This document shows, one piece after another, positions 59,735 through 64,000 of a DNA stretch of 64,000 bases (positions are counted from its first letter, which is position 1; each line of letters begins with the position of its first letter). Source of the DNA: Flavobacteriaceae bacterium (lineage in GTDB: Bacteria > Bacteroidota > Bacteroidia > Flavobacteriales > Flavobacteriaceae); assembly GCA_029252105.1 (NCBI GenBank), contig JAQXCA010000026.1, forward strand, positions 12,765 to 76,764, read 5' to 3'. The notes below the pieces were generated by a model. It searched no databases and was not told the DNA's origin. It saw only the letters and a program-made list of their open reading frames with translations. Position numbers and translations under genes: made by a program.

Positions 59735-59917
59735 TACTGTAACCATAATATTTTAAAACAACTATTTCAATTTGAATTACACAAAAACCTTTATTTAATC
59801 AGTAAAGATAGTTATATTGAATATTATTGTTTAAAATGAAATTATAACATAATATATTATTAAACAATCTGTAAACTCTTAAATAAAAATTGATATAGAT
59901 TATCAACACAAAGTTTT

Positions 59918-60334
59918 ATGAAACACAATACTATAGAATCCGTATCTCTTATCGAACTTCCTAAAATTAGCGATGAAAATGGACGTGGAAATTTATCGGT
60001 TATAGAAAAAGAAATTTTACCCTTTGAAATTGCTCGTGTTTATTATTTATATGATGTCCCTAGTGATGCCTACAGAGGCGGTCATGCTCATAAAAATTTA
60101 CAACAATTCTTATTACCTTTAAGTGGTAGTTTTGACGTGATTTTAAAAGATGGTAAAAATTCACGAACAGTTACATTAAATAAGCCCAATAAAGGATTAT
60201 TAATCGTTCCCGGTATTTGGCGAGAATTGGAGAATTTCTCATCTGGAGCCGTATGTTTGGTGTTAGCTTCGGAGGTATACGATGAGGCGGATTATATTCG
60301 CGACTTTGAAACGTTTAAAAAACAATTTTCCTAA
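59918..60334 (+). CDS. dTDP-4-keto-6-deoxyhexose 3,4-ketoisomerase (FdtA/QdtA cupin)
   Basis: RGNLSVIE, F.I.RVYYLYDVP, RGGHAHK, GSF.V, WRE..NFS...VCLVLAS..Y.E.DYIR. Confidence 0.92.
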   Translation: MKHNTIESVSLIELPKISDENGRGNLSVIEKEILPFEIARVYYLYDVPSDAYRGGHAHKNLQQFLLPLSGSFDVILKDGKNSRTVTLNKPNKGLLIVPGIWRELENFSSGAVCLVLASEVYDEADYIRDFETFKKQFS

Positions 60335-61471
60335 CTAAGAATTCCAGGTATTTAAATAGGTTTTTGCCACTTTTTCATAATCATGGTACGTTTCTATATA
60401 AGCGCGTGCGTTTTTGCCAATTTTTATAATTTCTTTTGGATTTTCAATAAGCCAACTCAAGTTTTTAACAAGTTCTTCTACATCAGGCGTGGCATGAATT
60501 CCAATGTTTTTAGTTATGTCATAATGCGATTTAAATCCATCACTGAATCCACTAAACACTACTTTACCTTGCGCCATAGCTTCTAATGCATTGTATCCTT
60601 GGTCATAGGCATAGGCTTGGTCCAATAGAATATGAGACTCATTATAGAGTTTAATATAGTCTTTATAAGGAATGTTTTCTACTTGAATGATTTCGATATT
60701 ATGACTGTATTTTTCTTGAACTTGTTCCAAAGCTTGAACAAACACATCATTACCTTTTTTGTAATAATTACTACGATTGATACCATGGAAAACTTTAACC
60801 TTACCATTAATTTTTAAAGGCTTAAATTTATTTTTCTCAAGGTTTATAGGGAAAGGAATCAGGGGTTTTACTTTTGGGAGATTTTGATATGCCATTTCAT
60901 AATCAAAATCTGCTGGAATAATATAGGTAATATACGTTTTTACAAATTCACTTAATTTTTTAGATGATGGTTTTAAATAGTTCAAACTATGTCTGAAATA
61001 AGGTTTTAGTTTTTTATTATTTAGAAACGGCGTCAACACATGATGAGGTAAATCTGAGTTGATTAAATAAGTTAAGTAAGTCACGTCATCTCCACAAGCG
61101 GATAAAATTACTTTTTTGTTATGTTTGAAAACGAATTTCAAAATCTTTTTATCCCAAAACGGAGTGGTTTTAAACGGAAATTCATTGATTAATTGAACAA
61201 TTTCAAAATCTTTAAATTGATGTCGATTTTTATAAAAATTATAAAAAACTTCAAAGTTAGCAATGTCAAAATTAAAAAGAAGAAATAATACGTTTTTTAC
61301 TTTTCTGAATAAAAATTTTGAAAACAAAACGGGTTCTAAATCTATATCCACAGCATAATTTTTAAAGCCATCTTTTCTGCCCATTAATAGGACACTATGT
61401 CCATTTTTTTCAAGTCCAGCTTTTAGGGTATTATGAAAGTTACTATATTCCCCTAATAAAAGTATTCGCAT
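60335..61471 (-). CDS. GT-B fold glycosyltransferase
   Basis: MRILLLGEYS, FHGINR, DQ....GYNALEAMAQGKVV. Confidence 0.85.
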   Translation of the reverse strand: MRILLLGEYSNFHNTLKAGLEKNGHSVLLMGRKDGFKNYAVDIDLEPVLFSKFLFRKVKNVLFLLFNFDIANFEVFYNFYKNRHQFKDFEIVQLINEFPFKTTPFWDKKILKFVFKHNKKVILSACGDDVTYLTYLINSDLPHHVLTPFLNNKKLKPYFRHSLNYLKPSSKKLSEFVKTYITYIIPADFDYEMAYQNLPKVKPLIPFPINLEKNKFKPLKINGKVKVFHGINRSNYYKKGNDVFVQALEQVQEKYSHNIEIIQVENIPYKDYIKLYNESHILLDQAYAYDQGYNALEAMAQGKVVFSGFSDGFKSHYDITKNIGIHATPDVEELVKNLSWLIENPKEIIKIGKNARAYIETYHDYEKVAKTYLNTWNS

Positions 61472-61512
61472 AAAAAATTATATTTTTTGTAATTTAATAG
61501 TTTTAGTTTGTC

Positions 61513-62595
61513 ATGCAAAATTTTAAAAAGAAAATATCTATAATAACGGATTCTCTGTCTTTAGGAGGCGCAGAACGTATAGCGGCGAAATTGTCTGTTG
61601 AGCTTCACAAAATGGGTTATGATGTTTCAATTATTTGTTTGCGAGACGAAATTACTTATCCTTTTAAAGGTGAATTGTATAATTTAGGTCTTAAAGAATC
61701 TAAATTTAAGATTATTAAACAACTTTCAAAGTTTTTTAAGTTTAAGTACGCATACAAGATAACTAATTCTGATTATTATATTGATTTTCGTACACGCAAT
61801 CGTCCAGTTATGGAATGGTGTTTTCATCAATTTATTTTTGACCTCTCAAAAATAATTTTTACAATTCATAGTTATGAGGTTTTTTTTCATATACCAAAAT
61901 ACAAATGGTTTTTTAAAGACTATAGCAAAGCGCCAGCTGTAATAGGTGTTTCCAACGGGATTATTAATCGATTGGTTTCTCTTTTTCCTTTTTCTAATTT
62001 AAAATACATCCCTAATTTTTACAATTCTGAACCGTTACATAAAACAGCTTTTAATGCCGAGATTCAAACACCATTTCTTTTGGCTGTGGGGCGCTTAGAT
62101 AATAGTACTAAGCAATTTGATAAGCTAATAGAGGCTTATATAAAAACTATCTTTTTCAAGGACAAAGTCCCGCTTTATATTGTTGGCGAAGGACCAGATA
62201 AGGCGCAACTTGAGTTTCAAATAAAACAAGGTGACTTAGAAAATTTAGTGTGTCTTTTAGGGTTTAAATCTGAAGTTAAAAATTATATGAAAGCTGCAAA
62301 ATGCATTGTAATGTCTAGTCATACCGAAGGTTTTCCAATGGTATTGTTAGAGGCATTATCAATAGGCACGCCTGTAGTATCTTTTGATTGTCCGTCAGGA
62401 CCTTCAGAACTGATTAAAGACGGAGAGAATGGAATTTTAGTTGAAAACCAAAACTTTGATGCCCTTATCAATGCTATGGACAAAATGCATACAGATGCAG
62501 AATTTTATAATTATTGTAAAAGTAATGCTATAACTTCAGTTGAAAAGTTTTCTGCTAAAAATGTAATATCAATGTGGGAGCAGTTATTAGATTAG
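61513..62595 (+). CDS. GT4 family glycosyltransferase
   Basis: GGAER, AVGRL...KQFD, GEGP, S..EGFPMVLLEA...GTPVVS.DC.SGP.E. Confidence 0.92.
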   Translation: MQNFKKKISIITDSLSLGGAERIAAKLSVELHKMGYDVSIICLRDEITYPFKGELYNLGLKESKFKIIKQLSKFFKFKYAYKITNSDYYIDFRTRNRPVMEWCFHQFIFDLSKIIFTIHSYEVFFHIPKYKWFFKDYSKAPAVIGVSNGIINRLVSLFPFSNLKYIPNFYNSEPLHKTAFNAEIQTPFLLAVGRLDNSTKQFDKLIEAYIKTIFFKDKVPLYIVGEGPDKAQLEFQIKQGDLENLVCLLGFKSEVKNYMKAAKCIVMSSHTEGFPMVLLEALSIGTPVVSFDCPSGPSELIKDGENGILVENQNFDALINAMDKMHTDAEFYNYCKSNAITSVEKFSAKNVISMWEQLLD

Positions 62596-63533
62596 TAAGA
62601 TGTTAATCGGATATTTTTCTTCAAAAAGTGTTTTTTAATAGATATCAATCCTTTTAGTATTACAAGTGGAGCGTTTAATAATATACGTTGACGAATTTTT
62701 AAATTTGATACATTCAGTTGCTTTCTTAATAGCGTTAAATTTTGTTGGTCATTTGAAATTCGACAAAGAATACTCAAATAATAGCGTTTGGTGTCCAAGT
62801 ATTTTTTTAATGTAGTATGCTGACCTGTGTGTACTTCAAACTGATCAAAATTTGGAAGCCTTTTTCCTTTGAAACCTACTTGTGTCATTTGATTTGGGAT
62901 GTCAAAATGAACTGTAGCCAAAGGCTTATAGCTATAGGCAAATCTGTAACTTATATTACTTTTAATGAAAAACTCTACATCTTCGGCAAAATCAATTGCT
63001 TCATTAAACGTTATTTTTCTGAAGATATTTTTTTTAAAAGAGAAACTACTTGGAGTTATTATAGGTTGATATAAGTTGAGTTTAAAAAAGTCATTCACCA
63101 AAAAAGTTGTATTCTTTTTGATTAAATTTATATTTTTTGTAGGTTCTAAAACATTCAAGTCCGTATATTTTTCAATGTAATCGGTTCCAAATAAATCTGC
63201 TTCAGGATATTTTAAATACAATTCTTTAATCTCCTCCAAATATTTCCTGTCCCATAAATCGTCAGCATCTAAAAGCGCAATAATCTCACCTTTAGCATGA
63301 GAGATTCCAACATTTCTTGTAGCGGACAAACCTTTGTTGTTTTGAGTGATTAGGCTGTGGTTGTTATAACCCTTCAGGGTTTTTGTGGCATTTCTTAAAC
63401 TTTTATCTGTAGAGCCATCATTGATAATAATAATCTCATAATCAGAAAACGTTTGATTCAATACACTTAATAGCGTTGCTTCGATGAACTGCTCTTTGTT
63501 GTATAACGGAATGATTACGGATATTAAAGGCAT
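62592..63533 (-). CDS. GT2 family glycosyltransferase
   Basis: ISVIIPLYNK, INDGSTD, N.GLSATRN.G, LLDADD.W, AED. Confidence 0.93.
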   Translation of the reverse strand: MPLISVIIPLYNKEQFIEATLLSVLNQTFSDYEIIIINDGSTDKSLRNATKTLKGYNNHSLITQNNKGLSATRNVGISHAKGEIIALLDADDLWDRKYLEEIKELYLKYPEADLFGTDYIEKYTDLNVLEPTKNINLIKKNTTFLVNDFFKLNLYQPIITPSSFSFKKNIFRKITFNEAIDFAEDVEFFIKSNISYRFAYSYKPLATVHFDIPNQMTQVGFKGKRLPNFDQFEVHTGQHTTLKKYLDTKRYYLSILCRISNDQQNLTLLRKQLNVSNLKIRQRILLNAPLVILKGLISIKKHFLKKNIRLTSY

Positions 63534-64000
63534 TTATTTTTTTTAAGTTTACTACTAAAATGATACATCTTATAGAAGTCTAAAACAACAAATGAGGCTT
63601 TCGTGTTTATTAAAAGCCATGACAAAATAGGATTTAAAAACCAGCCTATTAAGTTAATAATTCCGATAAGTTTTAGTTTCTCCAATAACTTATAGCTTTT
63701 TATTAACTTACTTTGATTGGCTGTAATGAATCTTGAATCATAGAGTTGACGTAGCGTCTTAGCAGCACTTTTACACTTTAGTAAAAAAGTAGAATTATCT
63801 TCAATTCCATAATGGTCTGTGTAGTTATCTAAATGCTTTACGGTTACCTTTTGTGTTTCTAAACTTCTGCTAAATGCTAAGTCTAGTCCATATCTGTTCT
63901 CCAGTGCTGTATTTGAGAGAATAAAGACCGACTTATGAACAAGCATGTTTCCAGAATAAATGTTTCTATAGGGGTTTTTATTCCGCTTTGCAGCTAATTT
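63524..64000 (-). CDS. Probable GT2 glycosyltransferase, C-terminal part (start beyond window)
   Basis: Frame is open to base 64000 (KLAAKRNKNPYRNIYSGNM...); YG.D..F and HLDN...H.G.E motifs; overlaps the next GT2 start. Confidence 0.7.
   Translation of the reverse strand, partial: KLAAKRNKNPYRNIYSGNMLVHKSVFILSNTALENRYGLDLAFSRSLETQKVTVKHLDNYTDHYGIEDNSTFLLKCKSAAKTLRQLYDSRFITANQSKLIKSYKLLEKLKLIGIINLIGWFLNPILSWLLINTKASFVVLDFYKMYHFSSKLKKNKCL

Noticed and set aside
2846-60817. Numerous 60-110 aa ORFs nested in or antisense to long genes
   Set aside because: They overlap well-supported genes and have no motifs or independent signals; treated as shadow ORFs.
1-64000. CRISPR arrays, tRNA/rRNA genes, IS/transposase, integrase, prophage or defence genes
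   Set aside because: No regularly spaced repeat-spacer array, cloverleaf or recombinase/transposase motifs seen by eye. A covariance-model search would be needed to exclude small ncRNAs.

Overview
AT-rich (visually low-GC) chromosomal window of a Bacteroidota bacterium, most likely a marine Flavobacteriaceae member, judged from gene content and order and from TAnnTTTG promoters. It is mostly core housekeeping genes: POT peptide transporters, comEC, lpxB, surE, a C-terminal protease, hutU, hemL, divergent GSII/GSIII glutamine synthetases, purM-prfA-pyrF, crcB, DPP III, ilvE, mnmD, grpE-dnaJ, an ABC-2 exporter, an HTH-less sigma54 activator, kdsA and typA. It ends in a surface-polysaccharide cluster (MBOAT/SGNH, GNAT, FdtB/FdtA-like, Wzx, glycosyltransferases). 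I saw no rRNA, tRNA, CRISPR array or intact mobile element. The most interesting element is a minus-strand four-part module at about 20.2-24.1 kb: a LytTR regulator with a degenerate receiver, three direct repeats at 21-bp period, an unannotated 52-aa lipoprotein-type peptide gene, a strong terminator, a periplasmic-TPR sensor kinase and a response regulator. I infer this may be a peptide-pheromone (quorum-sensing-like) circuit of a kind normally described in Gram-positive bacteria. Other observations are two further small ORFs missed by the ORF track, a PagL-like pseudogene, a sigma54-type promoter before grpE, paired palindromes between the GS genes and a probable non-canonical start codon. 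All family assignments come from motif recognition by eye; no database searches were run.
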